From the NCBI RefSeq assembly GCF_002256775.1, contig NZ_NCII01000014.1, positions 6,715 to 70,714 on the forward strand: a DNA stretch of 64,000 nucleotides, read 5' to 3'. This DNA is from Novosphingobium sp. 17-62-19. Lineage in GTDB: Bacteria > Pseudomonadota > Alphaproteobacteria > Sphingomonadales > Sphingomonadaceae. The first letter of the stretch is position 1, and each line of letters opens with the position of its first letter. The translations under genes were made by a program, and so were the position numbers. The notes beneath the pieces were generated by a model. It had not been told where the DNA came from, did not search any database, and saw only the letters and a list, made by a program, of their open reading frames with translations. This document shows positions 55,017 through 64,000 of this stretch, piece after piece.

Positions 55017-55634
55017 ATGAGCATCACTCTTTGCGCGCTGCGCCGTCTCGCCCCTGTTGTTTTCTTTGCTGCCGCAGCCCCGGCGCTGGCCGCTCCAGCC
55101 AAGCCCGCGCAGAAACCTGTCGCGCCTTCGACCGCAATCATTCCGGTGCCGCTGAATCCGATCGTTCCGGCCACCCAGCGCTTGTGCAGCGCGACGACGG
55201 GAAGCGGACTTGGCACGCTGGCGCTCAAACCTGCTGAAGGCGCAAAGCCTGCCAAGGCTGACTATGTATTGGTAGGCTACATTGGCTATCTGGCGGCCAG
55301 CGGCGAAGTGTTCGATCAGAACAAGCAGACTGCTTTTCCGGTCGAAGGTGTGATCCCCGGCTTTTCCGAAGGGTTGCAGATGATGGCCAAGGGCAGCGTG
55401 TGGCGCTTCTGCGTGCCTTCTGCGCTAGGTTATGGTGCGCAGGAATCTGGCCCGATCCCGGCCAATTCTGATCTGGTGTTTCAGGTGGAACTGGTGGATT
55501 TCAAGACTGCGGCCGAACTCGAAAAGATGCGCGCAGCTCAATCAGCAAGCCCTGAAACGGCCGCAGCCGCCGCTGATGAAGCAGCACAAGCCGCCGCTGA
55601 TGCGGTTGCGCTCGACCCGGCCAATCAGCAGTAA
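55017..55634 (+). CDS. FKBP-type peptidylprolyl isomerase (secreted)
   Basis: Signal peptide, then YIGYLA.SGEVFDQ.......FPV.GVIPGFSEGLQMM.KGS.WRF.VPSALGYG.......IP.NS.LVFQVELV. Confidence 0.85.
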   Translation: MSITLCALRRLAPVVFFAAAAPALAAPAKPAQKPVAPSTAIIPVPLNPIVPATQRLCSATTGSGLGTLALKPAEGAKPAKADYVLVGYIGYLAASGEVFDQNKQTAFPVEGVIPGFSEGLQMMAKGSVWRFCVPSALGYGAQESGPIPANSDLVFQVELVDFKTAAELEKMRAAQSASPETAAAAADEAAQAAADAVALDPANQQ

Positions 55635-55682
55635 CAAGTCTATTCACTGGTCCTTCATCGGAAGGCTTCCTATAGTCTGTCG

Positions 55683-58577
55683 ATGCGATCAAATAAAACG
55701 CGCGCCCGGCGCCTTGGCCTGTTCCTCTCCCTCCTGCTGGTTTCGACCGCGCCGATAGTTGCGCAGACCCCGGCAAAAGCACCCGCAACTGCCACAAAAT
55801 CGGCGGTTCCGTGGCTCTATCAGGGATCGGACGTGCCGCAGGACAAAGCGTGGACATTCGGCGTCCTGTCCAATGGCGTGCGCTATGCCGTGCGCCACAA
55901 TGGTGTGCCGCCCGAACAGGTCTCTATTCGCGTGCTTGTGGATGCCGGCTCGATGTACGAGACCGAGGACCAGCGCGGCTATGCCCACTTGCTGGAACAC
56001 CTGACCTTCCGCGAATCGAAGTACCTGAAGGAAGGGGAGACGATCCCAACGTGGCAGCGCCTTGGCGCGACCTTCGGCAGCGATACCAATGCCGAAACCA
56101 GCCCTACGCAGACCACCTACAAGCTCGACATTCCTCAGGCCGATCCGGCCAAGCTTGACGAAACCTTCCGCCTGCTTTCGGGCATGATCATCGCACCGAT
56201 CTTCACCGATCGCGGCGTGAAGACTGAAGTGCCCATCGTGCTGGCCGAAATGCGCGAGCGCACCAGCGCCCAATCGCGCGTGCTGGATGAAACGCGCAAC
56301 CTGTTCTTCAAGGGCCAGTTGCTGGCCGCGCGCAACCCCATCGGCACTGTGCCGACGCTGGAAGCGGCCAACGGTGCCAAGGTGAAGGCGTTTCACGACA
56401 AGTGGTATCGCCCGGATAACACCGTGATTGTGGTGGCGGGTGATGCTGACCCGGCAACACTGGTGGCCCGGATCGAGCAGTGGTTCGGCGGCTGGAAAGT
56501 TGCGGGCAAAAAGGCTCCCCAGCCCGATTTCGGCAAGCCTGTGGCCCCCGCTGATCTTGACCCCAAGAACCCGGTGGGTGAGGCCAAGGTCATGGTCGAG
56601 CCCGACCTGCCGCGCATCGTTAACTGGGCAATCCTGCGGCCATGGAAGAAGGTCAACGATACCATTGCCTACAACCAGGGGTTGATGATCGACCGGCTGG
56701 CGCTGGCGCTGATCAATCGCCGTCTGGAAGGGCGGGCGCGGGCAGGGGGCAGCTATCTTGCCGCCTCGGTTGACGAGATGAAGCAGGAACTTTCGCGCTC
56801 TGCCGATGCCACCATCGTTACTGTCACTCCGCTTAGCGAGGACTGGAAGGGTGCGGTTTCCGATGTGCGGGGCGTGATTGCAGATGCGCTGGCCACGCCG
56901 CCTTCGCAGGAGGAAATCGATCGCGAGGTGGCCGAGTTTGAAGTGGCGTTCAAGGTCGGGGTCGAAACGCAATCCACACTCGCCGGATCGCGCGCGGCAG
57001 ATGACATCGTCAACGCGGTCGACATCCGCGAAACTGTGGCCAATCCCGACACGGTCTACGCAATCTTCAAAAGCGCGATACCGCTGCTCAAGCCAGAGGC
57101 CGTGCTGAAAAGCACGCGCGAACTGTTTCAGGGTACTGTCATTCGCCCGATGATGATCACGCCCAAGGCGGGTGAGGCCGACGAGGCTTCGCTCCGCGCT
57201 GCGCTGACCGCCCCGGTCGAAGCCGCATCAGGCAGTCGCGTGGCCGCCAATTCGCTCAAGTTCGAAGACCTGCCGCCCATCGGCACACCCGGCACAGTGG
57301 CCAGCGCACGACCGCTTGGCCTGCTGGGTATTGAGCAGGTCGAACTGTCCAACGGCGTGAAAGTCCTGCTCTGGCCCAACGATGCCGAGCCGGGCCGGAT
57401 CATCCTGAAGGCACGCTTTGGTGGCGGCTATTCGGCGATCAGCCCGCAAAACGCAGTCTATGGTCCGATGGGGCAAATGGCGTTGATGGACAGCGGCATT
57501 GGCGAACTGGGGCGTGACGATCTTGATCGCCTCGCCACGGGCCGCAAGCTGAGCCTTGATTTCAATATCGACGACACCGCCTTCGTGCTGTCCGCCGATA
57601 CCCGGCCTGCCGATCTTGCCGATCAGCTCTACCTTATGGCGGCCAAGCTGGCGACACCGCGCTGGGAACCCAACCCGGTGCTGCGTGCAAAGGCTGCGGC
57701 AAAGCTGCAGTACGAAAGCTTCAATTCCGCGCCGATGGCGGTGCTGAACCGCGATCTCAACTGGCTGCTGCGCGATGGTGATCCGCGCTATGCCACGCCA
57801 AACCCGGCAGAGTTGGAAAAGGTCACGCCCGAAGGTTTCCGCGCCACGTGGGAGCCTTTGCTGGCGCAAGGCCCGATCGAGATCGACATGTTTGGCGATT
57901 TCACGCGCGAACAGGCAATTGCCGCGCTGGAAAAGACCTTCGGAGCGTTGCCTGCCCGTCCGGCGGTGGAGCAGCCAGCGCTTACGCCCAGCATTCCGGC
58001 GCACAATGAAGAGCCACTGGTGCTGACTCATCGCGGCGATCCGGGGCAGGCGGCAGCGGTGGTGGCATGGCCCACCGGGGGCGGACAGCAGGGCGTGCGA
58101 GAAAGCCGCCAGCTGGAAATCCTCGCCCAGATATTCAATAACCGTCTGTTCGATGCGATGCGCGAAAAGGTGGGGGCAAGCTATGCGCCACAGGTCGGCT
58201 CAAGCTGGCCGCTCGACCTGCCTTCGGGCGGCTATATTTCGGCCATGGTGCAATTGCGGCCCGGCGATTTCGACACGTTCTTCGCCGCAGCTGACAAGAT
58301 TGCCGCAGATATGGCGGCAACCCCGCCCACGGCGGACGAAATCGGCCGCGTGACCGAGCCGCTGAAACAGCTCATCACCCGTGCCAGCACCGGCAACGGC
58401 TTTTACATGTTCCAGCTGGAAGGCGCGGCTAACGATCCGCGCAAGATCGCCGCAATCCGCACGATCCTCAACGATTACAGCCAGACCACGCCCGAACGGA
58501 TGCAGGCGCTTGCGCAGCGTTATCTGGTGAAGGCCAAGAGCTGGCGGTTAGAAGTGGTGCCCGAAAAGAAGCCCTGA
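55683..58577 (+). CDS. M16 (pitrilysin/insulinase) family zinc metallopeptidase, secreted
   Basis: 964 aa. Signal peptide and the inverted zinc motif HLLEH (GYAHLLEHLTFRESK). Duplicated M16 active and inactive halves. Confidence 0.88.
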   Translation: MRSNKTRARRLGLFLSLLLVSTAPIVAQTPAKAPATATKSAVPWLYQGSDVPQDKAWTFGVLSNGVRYAVRHNGVPPEQVSIRVLVDAGSMYETEDQRGYAHLLEHLTFRESKYLKEGETIPTWQRLGATFGSDTNAETSPTQTTYKLDIPQADPAKLDETFRLLSGMIIAPIFTDRGVKTEVPIVLAEMRERTSAQSRVLDETRNLFFKGQLLAARNPIGTVPTLEAANGAKVKAFHDKWYRPDNTVIVVAGDADPATLVARIEQWFGGWKVAGKKAPQPDFGKPVAPADLDPKNPVGEAKVMVEPDLPRIVNWAILRPWKKVNDTIAYNQGLMIDRLALALINRRLEGRARAGGSYLAASVDEMKQELSRSADATIVTVTPLSEDWKGAVSDVRGVIADALATPPSQEEIDREVAEFEVAFKVGVETQSTLAGSRAADDIVNAVDIRETVANPDTVYAIFKSAIPLLKPEAVLKSTRELFQGTVIRPMMITPKAGEADEASLRAALTAPVEAASGSRVAANSLKFEDLPPIGTPGTVASARPLGLLGIEQVELSNGVKVLLWPNDAEPGRIILKARFGGGYSAISPQNAVYGPMGQMALMDSGIGELGRDDLDRLATGRKLSLDFNIDDTAFVLSADTRPADLADQLYLMAAKLATPRWEPNPVLRAKAAAKLQYESFNSAPMAVLNRDLNWLLRDGDPRYATPNPAELEKVTPEGFRATWEPLLAQGPIEIDMFGDFTREQAIAALEKTFGALPARPAVEQPALTPSIPAHNEEPLVLTHRGDPGQAAAVVAWPTGGGQQGVRESRQLEILAQIFNNRLFDAMREKVGASYAPQVGSSWPLDLPSGGYISAMVQLRPGDFDTFFAAADKIAADMAATPPTADEIGRVTEPLKQLITRASTGNGFYMFQLEGAANDPRKIAAIRTILNDYSQTTPERMQALAQRYLVKAKSWRLEVVPEKKP

Positions 58578-58583
58578 TTTCGG

Positions 58584-59246
58584 TCAGCAGTCGTTTTTCT
58601 TGCCACTGCCGACAAGCCCTGAACTTATGCTGCGGTCATCACGGGCGATGACCGCAGCTTCTTCGTGAATGACAATATTGTCGACAAAGAGCGTGCCGAA
58701 CAGGCCATTGTATTCGTACCAGACTTCGGCGATCATCACCGCGCTACCCGATGGGGCCGTGATCGTTTTGCCGCCTAATACCAAGCCGTTCAGTACCGAT
58801 GGCAGCAAGCCAGTGTCGTCAGGCTTCCCATGCGTAGACTTCTTCGTGCTCTTTCCCTTGCACTGTTGCCAGTGAACCCGTTGTTTACCAGTTACCGGAT
58901 GCGCTTCAAGGCTGGACAGGATCACTCGGCCGTTCTCTTCCAAGGCAACGGTACTGCCTTCTTCCAGTGCCCCGGCCAGGACTGAATCCACATCGGCATC
59001 GCTGATCGTGGGGGTCACACCGCTGTTGTCAGTCTGGCCCATACGCGATGCATTGTCGGCCATTGAAACAGCAACCTGGCTCACTTCCAACGCTGCTGCG
59101 TTGAGCCAGGCAATCTCTGCACCATACATACCCAATGTCATGAACACGGGCAGCACAAGAGCAAATTCCAGTACTGAGACGGCCTCGCTGTTGCGGATGA
59201 GGCTGCGCAGTGGGCGGAGCGTGAGGCGACGGTTGATCACGGGCAA
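58584..59246 (-). CDS. TadE/TadG family type IVb (Tad/Flp) pseudopilin-like protein
   Basis: N-terminal NSEAVSVLEFALVLPVFMTLGMYGAE is a TadE-like prepilin-type segment. Confidence 0.75.
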   Translation of the reverse strand: MPVINRRLTLRPLRSLIRNSEAVSVLEFALVLPVFMTLGMYGAEIAWLNAAALEVSQVAVSMADNASRMGQTDNSGVTPTISDADVDSVLAGALEEGSTVALEENGRVILSSLEAHPVTGKQRVHWQQCKGKSTKKSTHGKPDDTGLLPSVLNGLVLGGKTITAPSGSAVMIAEVWYEYNGLFGTLFVDNIVIHEEAAVIARDDRSISSGLVGSGKKNDC

Positions 59247-59821
59247 CTCCCTGCTGTGGAGCCATAATCGGTCTGGTTGCCAAAGGGCTGGTTCTTGACC
59301 ACGGCTGTGGCTGTGAGCGTCCGGTTGGACCAGCGGCTCGGCAGGAAAGGCACTTTGAAAACAGGGTCGAAACTGGCGGTTACACGGTAGATGACTACAT
59401 CGTTTGCGCTACTTTCACTGCCCTGTTTGCCGACGTCTTCATCCCACTGACCATTGCGGTTTTCGTCGGTATAGACCTCGTTTGCATCGCACCTTGAATT
59501 GCCGTTGGTATCATTCCATTTTTCGGGTCGACCAATGTCGGAAAAATCGTAGTAGCTTGTGCGGGTGGGCTTGATGGTCACACCTGGCAATACGGGCCGG
59601 ATTGCTGCGAGCACACTAGCGTCGGCCTCGGCAAAGTTGCGCGTTTCTGTGGCAGAGGAGCGTGCGGCCCGATGGACAGCACCGGTCAGCACGGATTTTC
59701 CATAGACCATCTGGCCGATGTCGAGGATGCTGAGGAGCAGAACCATGAACATCGGCAACACGATCGCGAACTCCACAATCGTCGCGCCTTCATGGTCGTT
59801 CAGCAGTGCGCGCAGCATCAT
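59237..59821 (-). CDS. TadE-like pseudopilin with tandem D-x-N-x-N-x-x-x-D loops
   Basis: DHEGATIVEFAIVLPMFMVLLLSILDIG TadE motif. Trimmed to ATG 59821, which overlaps the upstream stop (ATGA). Confidence 0.75.
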   Translation of the reverse strand: MMLRALLNDHEGATIVEFAIVLPMFMVLLLSILDIGQMVYGKSVLTGAVHRAARSSATETRNFAEADASVLAAIRPVLPGVTIKPTRTSYYDFSDIGRPEKWNDTNGNSRCDANEVYTDENRNGQWDEDVGKQGSESSANDVVIYRVTASFDPVFKVPFLPSRWSNRTLTATAVVKNQPFGNQTDYGSTAGSCP

Positions 59822-61404
59822 TGCACGATCCGAAGTTCGCCAACCTGCTGGGCGATGGATTGAAATGCGTCTTCCAACTGGCTGGCGTTGGCGGCGGTAA
59901 ATGCGCTGTCGGTGGAGGCGCACGTTGAAAGCTCGGTCGTCATATCTGCGGCAAAGACGATGATCCACACTCTGATTCCCTTGGCCTTCACCGCCTCGCA
60001 CAACGCTAGGAAGCGAGAATTGTGTCGTGCTGCATCGTTGGTAACACCATCATCGGTGATGCGGAGATTATGGTATTCGATGCCCCACGCGGATTGCGAG
60101 GAGTAGGATGGCGACATCTCACCATCGGTCATGAAAATTATGTGCCGCGCCACCTCGCCCCCGTTGTCGGGCTTTTCGAGCACATTGTCGGACCATATAC
60201 CTTGCGGCGAGATTAGCCGCGCACCCCACACCATGCCGATATCGTGGTATGTTGCGCCCAACGGCACCAGCGCGTCGGCATAGGCGGCAAACGCGGATCG
60301 CTCCATCGTACCAAGCAATCGTGCAGCGCTGGGGCACGCAGAAAAGGCTTGCTGCCCCGTGGGCGACGGCAGAGCATTGTTCATATAGACGTTGCCCCAC
60401 CAGTCGGTGGTGGTGCGAATGAAGGCGACTTCGGGCCACATTGGTGCCCATTTGGTCGCGTTTGTGCCATCAGGCGGGCTATCGATGTCAAGGTCGTTTG
60501 CACCTGACGGGTTAAAGCCGTTTTGCGATGACCATGTGAACGCGTCTTCGGAAACGGTGGCCCGCTCTTCAATGCAGCCAGCCCAAGTGGAAGAAACCGC
60601 TGCCCCGTTGTTGCCAGTGTTTGTGCTGACGGCAGAAAAAGTCTTGTAGCGACTGACGTCAAACGTCAGCGGACGATATTCCCAGCGGCTGAACCCGCCG
60701 AACCAGTTCTTGATCGCCAAACGTGACTGGATTGTCCAGCTATCGACAAGGTAATCGGGATTGCGGTTATAAATCAGCCGCCCGACATTCACAGAAGAAC
60801 TATAGGGCACAAAGCCATAGCGCACTCTGGCGTTGGTGCCCGACGCTGCGGTAGCAACGGTATCGTAGAAGTTTTTCATCGAAGCCCGTAGCGCTTCAAT
60901 TCGTTTCTGCGTGCTGCCGGTCAGCGCCCAGTCCATGGAACCGGTAGTGTCGAGCACCATCATGATGTCGCTGTTGCCCACTTCCATCGATGCCGTGCAG
61001 GTGGAGCGCAGTTCGAAGCCGGGAAAGCCGAACAGTTGCATCATCAGCGGTGGCAGGGCGGTCGTGGCGACTCCATTGATCGTGCTGCCTCTGTCGGCGG
61101 ACGTAGCATTGAACGTGATGTCGCTAACCCCCTGCTTCTCGGCATTGAAGTTGGCGTGGAAGTAGTTTTCCGCCTGAGTGCGCGCGGTTGCGTCAAGCCC
61201 GTTCGAAGTCACCGCGCGGCGTCCAGCTAGAACGCCAGCGTCACAGGCTGATTGCAGCCGCGTCTGTACCCGCCAGCCCCGGCTGATATCCACCGCCCCG
61301 CCAATCAGCGCAGCCACCGCAAAGATCGCCAACGCCGAAAGCGGCAGGATATTGCCCGACCGGCAATTTGCCAGCGCAGCAAGAAGGCGGGGAAGGGCGG
61401 ACAT
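59818..61404 (-). CDS. TadG-like pilus assembly protein with a von Willebrand factor A domain
   Basis: N-terminal hydrophobic Tad segment NILPLSALAIFAVAALIGGAVDISR. vWA MIDAS motif MMVLDTTGSM, with later FMTDGE. Confidence 0.8.
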   Translation of the reverse strand: MSALPRLLAALANCRSGNILPLSALAIFAVAALIGGAVDISRGWRVQTRLQSACDAGVLAGRRAVTSNGLDATARTQAENYFHANFNAEKQGVSDITFNATSADRGSTINGVATTALPPLMMQLFGFPGFELRSTCTASMEVGNSDIMMVLDTTGSMDWALTGSTQKRIEALRASMKNFYDTVATAASGTNARVRYGFVPYSSSVNVGRLIYNRNPDYLVDSWTIQSRLAIKNWFGGFSRWEYRPLTFDVSRYKTFSAVSTNTGNNGAAVSSTWAGCIEERATVSEDAFTWSSQNGFNPSGANDLDIDSPPDGTNATKWAPMWPEVAFIRTTTDWWGNVYMNNALPSPTGQQAFSACPSAARLLGTMERSAFAAYADALVPLGATYHDIGMVWGARLISPQGIWSDNVLEKPDNGGEVARHIIFMTDGEMSPSYSSQSAWGIEYHNLRITDDGVTNDAARHNSRFLALCEAVKAKGIRVWIIVFAADMTTELSTCASTDSAFTAANASQLEDAFQSIAQQVGELRIVQ

Positions 61405-61423
61405 TATATTACAAGGCAGCCTG

Positions 61424-61459
61424 TTGGTGGATTTGTACGGTTAACCGCCGATCCACCAA
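61424..61459. promoter_or_regulatory. 9-bp perfect inverted repeat upstream of the tadG-like gene
   Basis: TTGGTGGAT (61424-61432), 18-nt spacer, ATCCACCAA (61451-61459), 20 nt upstream of ATG 61404. Confidence 0.35.
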
Positions 61460-61591
61460 GACATGCTCACCCAGGTGTTAGGGGAAAGCCCCTAGAGTCT
61501 GTTCGACTGGGTCGATTGCTCTGATTGCAACGCTGCCTTTGCAATTCGCCTCGTCGCGGCGTAAAGGCCACCGCCTTGAAAGGAAGCGCTT

Positions 61592-62965
61592 GTGGCACAG
61601 AACTGGACTGCGGATTCGTGGCGTGGATTTGAAGGACGGCATCTGCCGACCTATCCGAACGCTGAAAAGCTCAACGAGGTCGAGCAGACCCTGACGAGCT
61701 TTCCGCCACTGGTCTTTGCGGGCGAAGCGCGCGCGCTGAAGGCCGATCTGGCGCAAGTGGCTGCGGGCAAGGGTTTCCTGCTGCAGGGCGGCGATTGCGC
61801 TGAAAGCTTTGCCGAATTCCACCCGAACAACATCCGCGACACATTCCGCGTACTGTTGCAGATGGCCGTTGTCCTCACGTTCGCCAGCAAGCAGCCGGTG
61901 GTGAAGGTAGGCCGCATGGCCGGACAGTTCGCCAAGCCACGCTCCTCGCCTGTCGAATCCATCGGCGGCGTCGAACTGCCAAGCTACCTTGGCGACAACA
62001 TTAACGGCATCGATTTTACCCCGGAGTCGCGCATTCCCGATCCTGAGCGAATGCTGCGTGCCTACAGCCAGGCGGCGGCAACGCTCAACCTGCTGCGCGC
62101 GTTCTCGACCGGTGGCTATGCCAATCTGCGCCAGGTTCACCAGTGGACGCTGGACCACATTGGCAAGAGCCCGTGGGCCACGAAGTTCAGCGAAATGGCC
62201 GACAAGATTGGCGAATCGCTTGATTTCATGGAAGCCTGCGGCGTCGATCCGCGCACTGTGCCACAGCTTCAGGGCACCAGCTTCTACACCAGCCACGAAG
62301 CGCTGCTGTTGCAGTACGAAGAGGCAATGACCCGTCAGGATTCGCTGACCGGTGACTGGTACGATACCAGCGCGCACATGCTGTGGATCGGGGATCGCAC
62401 CCGCTTTGAAGGGTCTGCGCATGTCGAATACCTGCGCGGCGTGAACAACCCCATCGGCATGAAGTGCGGACCTTCGCTGAGCGCTGACGCACTGTTGCGG
62501 ATGCTCGACACGCTGAATCCCGGACGGGACGCAGGCCGCATGACACTGATCGGACGCTTCGGGCATGACAAGGTCGAAGCCGGCCTTGCTCCGCTTGTCC
62601 GCGCTGTGAAGCGTGAAGGGCATCCGGTGGTATGGTCGTGTGACCCGATGCACGGCAACGTGATCAAGGCCGACAACGGCTACAAGACGCGCCCGTTTGA
62701 TCGCATCCTGACCGAGGTGAAGGGCTTCTTTGCAGTCCACCGCGCCGAAGGTACGCACGCAGGCGGCATCCACATCGAGATGACCGGCCGCGATGTGACC
62801 GAATGCACCGGTGGTGCCGTGGCGATCACGCAGGAAGGTCTGGCCGACCGTTACCACACCCACTGCGACCCGCGCCTCAACGCAGCGCAGTCGATCGAAT
62901 TGGCGTTCCTTCTGGCCGAGGCGCTGAACGCCGAGCGGTCAGGGGCCAAGGCTGAGGCAGCCTGA
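61592..62965 (+). CDS. class II (plant-like) 3-deoxy-7-phosphoheptulonate (DAHP) synthase
   Basis: 457 aa. [33 protein letters not shown] and DPMHGN match class II DAHPS. GTG start. Confidence 0.92.
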   Translation: MAQNWTADSWRGFEGRHLPTYPNAEKLNEVEQTLTSFPPLVFAGEARALKADLAQVAAGKGFLLQGGDCAESFAEFHPNNIRDTFRVLLQMAVVLTFASKQPVVKVGRMAGQFAKPRSSPVESIGGVELPSYLGDNINGIDFTPESRIPDPERMLRAYSQAAATLNLLRAFSTGGYANLRQVHQWTLDHIGKSPWATKFSEMADKIGESLDFMEACGVDPRTVPQLQGTSFYTSHEALLLQYEEAMTRQDSLTGDWYDTSAHMLWIGDRTRFEGSAHVEYLRGVNNPIGMKCGPSLSADALLRMLDTLNPGRDAGRMTLIGRFGHDKVEAGLAPLVRAVKREGHPVVWSCDPMHGNVIKADNGYKTRPFDRILTEVKGFFAVHRAEGTHAGGIHIEMTGRDVTECTGGAVAITQEGLADRYHTHCDPRLNAAQSIELAFLLAEALNAERSGAKAEAA

Positions 62966-62985
62966 TCTCAGGACAGAGCAAACAT

Positions 62986-63026
62986 GCGGCCCCGGAAGTG
63001 CAATACTTCCGGGGCCGCTTTGCGTT
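62986..63026 (+). terminator. strong rho-independent terminator (possibly bidirectional)
   Basis: GCGGCCCCGGAAGT (62986-62999) pairs with ACTTCCGGGGCCGC (63005-63018). Perfect 14-bp stem, loop GCAAT, followed by TTTGCGTT. Confidence 0.85.
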
Positions 63027-63080
63027 GATGGCCATGCTTCGTACCGAAACCGAAATCGGGAAAGTGAGACAAGTGCGCCA

Positions 63081-63464
63081 TCATCGTGGATGCCGCGCGT
63101 TCAGTGCAATCCCGGCAAGATTCTGCTCCCGCTTGATCCAGCGAATGCGCTGCGGCGCATATCCCGCAGCCAAAGCCTGAAACTGCGCCAGATGCGCTCG
63201 GTCAGAATCTGATCGTGGCTTGATGTGGCCATTGGCCTGCTCGATCACCGACCGACTGTCTCCGATCAGATCAAACGCCACCGCGCCACTTGCCTGTGCG
63301 CATTCCAGCGCGTGAATTAGCGCCAGCCATTCGGCATCGCCGTTGGTGCCTTCACCTAGATCATCGCGCACATGCGCCACGCCGCGTAGCACGGCGGCCA
63401 CTTCGATCCGGCCCGGATTGGGGCGGCAACCGCCGTCGAAATAGACTTTCAAACGTCGCAACAT
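63081..63464 (-). CDS. small RNase H-like (RNase HI/RVT_3-type) protein
   Basis: VYFDGGCRPNPG (first Asp), DAEWLALIHAL (Glu) and IGDSRSV (second Asp). 127 aa. Confidence 0.7.
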   Translation of the reverse strand: MLRRLKVYFDGGCRPNPGRIEVAAVLRGVAHVRDDLGEGTNGDAEWLALIHALECAQASGAVAFDLIGDSRSVIEQANGHIKPRSDSDRAHLAQFQALAAGYAPQRIRWIKREQNLAGIALNARHPR

Positions 63465-63476
63465 GCCGCAGGAATA

Positions 63477-64000
63477 TCAGGCCCCGGCCTTCACCGCAAA
63501 GCTCAGGGCCAGCTCAGCCAGCGGCTGCACGCGGGCAGATGTGGCTTTGGCGTGAGCGCTTGAAGCGGTGCCATCAATCACACGCTTCTTGATGCCCTGA
63601 ATGATCCCGGCAAGGCGGAAGAAGTTGTAGGCGATGTACCAATCGAGATCGGGCACGCCATCGCGTCCGGTCTGGGCACAATATCGCGCAACCACTTCGT
63701 CCAGCTCGGGAATGCCCAGCGCCTTGCGGTCAAGATCCTGCACCCCTGATCGTCCACCATTGTCCTGCACCCATGCCGTGCAGAAATAGGTGAAATCCGC
63801 CAGCGGATCGCCCAACGTGGACAGTTCCCAGTCCAGCACCGCCACCACGCGCGCGTCGGTCGGATGGAAGATCATGTTGTCTATGCGGTAGTCGCCATGG
63901 ACCACGCTCGTGCGCGTCTGTTCGGGCAGGGTCGCAGGCAGCCACTCGATCAGCCGCTCCATCGCAGGCATCGTTTCGGTTTCCGATAGGCGATACTGCT
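63477..64000 (-). CDS. phosphotransferase (APH / acyl-CoA dehydrogenase-associated kinase family), C-terminal part; the 5' end lies outside the window
   Basis: Catalytic loop VHGDYRIDNM and VAVLDWELS. The reading frame stays open to the right edge of the window. Confidence 0.8.
   Translation of the reverse strand, partial: QYRLSETETMPAMERLIEWLPATLPEQTRTSVVHGDYRIDNMIFHPTDARVVAVLDWELSTLGDPLADFTYFCTAWVQDNGGRSGVQDLDRKALGIPELDEVVARYCAQTGRDGVPDLDWYIAYNFFRLAGIIQGIKKRVIDGTASSAHAKATSARVQPLAELALSFAVKAGA

Noticed and set aside
58578-61591. Calling the Tad-like cluster a mobile genetic element
   Set aside because: No integrase, transposase, tRNA attachment site or flanking direct repeats are visible. 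Only the lower GC content suggests foreign origin, so it is reported as a finding and not as a mobile_element feature.
61478-62863. 461-aa ORF antisense to the DAHP synthase gene
   Set aside because: The plus-strand product matches class II DAHP synthase along its whole length. The antisense ORF has no recognisable motif and is a high-GC artefact. The same reasoning applies to 55689-56972, 8208-9281, 14553-15626, 17538-18650, 12480-13376, 37783-38532 and 27663-28571.
1-64000. Search by eye for tRNA, rRNA, tmRNA, CRISPR repeats, transposases, integrases and phage genes
   Set aside because: None were recognised in the intergenic regions or ORF translations. This was a visual scan only, so a tRNAscan/Infernal run could still reveal small RNAs I missed.

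Overview
High-GC chromosomal segment. Gene content and synteny look alphaproteobacterial, probably a sphingomonad. That placement is an inference from MucR/Ros, DUF721/DciA, plant-type GshA, class II DAHP synthase, a YfgM-like/BamB pair and GTCCTGAGCCTGTCGAAGGAC-type REP hairpins; no database was consulted. I call about 70 protein genes, almost all housekeeping. They include a tightly packed folB-SDR-moaA-moaD-moaE pterin operon, rplU-rpmA, pyrC, astD, selO, bamB, rsmE-gshA, ubiA, smc, two DsbA-like genes, DUF721, mutY, nudC, a SulP permease, mgtE, ppiB, gltX, nadE, prs, the miaB-phoH-ybeY-corC block, plsC-fur-mucR, nifU-tsaB-rimI, an M16 peptidase and a class II DAHP synthase. I recognised no rRNA, tRNA, CRISPR array, transposase or integrase. 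Two stretches look accessory: a low-GC BrnT/BrnA toxin-antitoxin islet between soxR and smc, and a lower-GC orphan TadE/TadE/TadG-vWA cluster (58.6-61.4 kb). I did not find a convincing multi-gene novel system such as a defence island. The signals most worth a second look are these. (1) A candidate type I toxin-antitoxin-like pair in the 324-761 intergenic region: a 32-aa hydrophobic ORF with a Shine-Dalgarno site, whose start region is duplicated perfectly 190 nt away where a plus-strand sRNA with its own terminator could pair with it. (2) Frame-disrupting internal deletions in rpmA (L27) and in the adjacent GNAT gene. (3) A near-consensus SoxR box between soxR and an arylamine N-acetyltransferase. 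(4) A promoter flanked by TTGCGAA-N3-TTCGCAA operators upstream of an unknown gene apparently co-transcribed with gltX. (5) Several families of structured REP/MITE-like repeats. Gene starts were refined by hand from the ORF track and remain approximate where noted.
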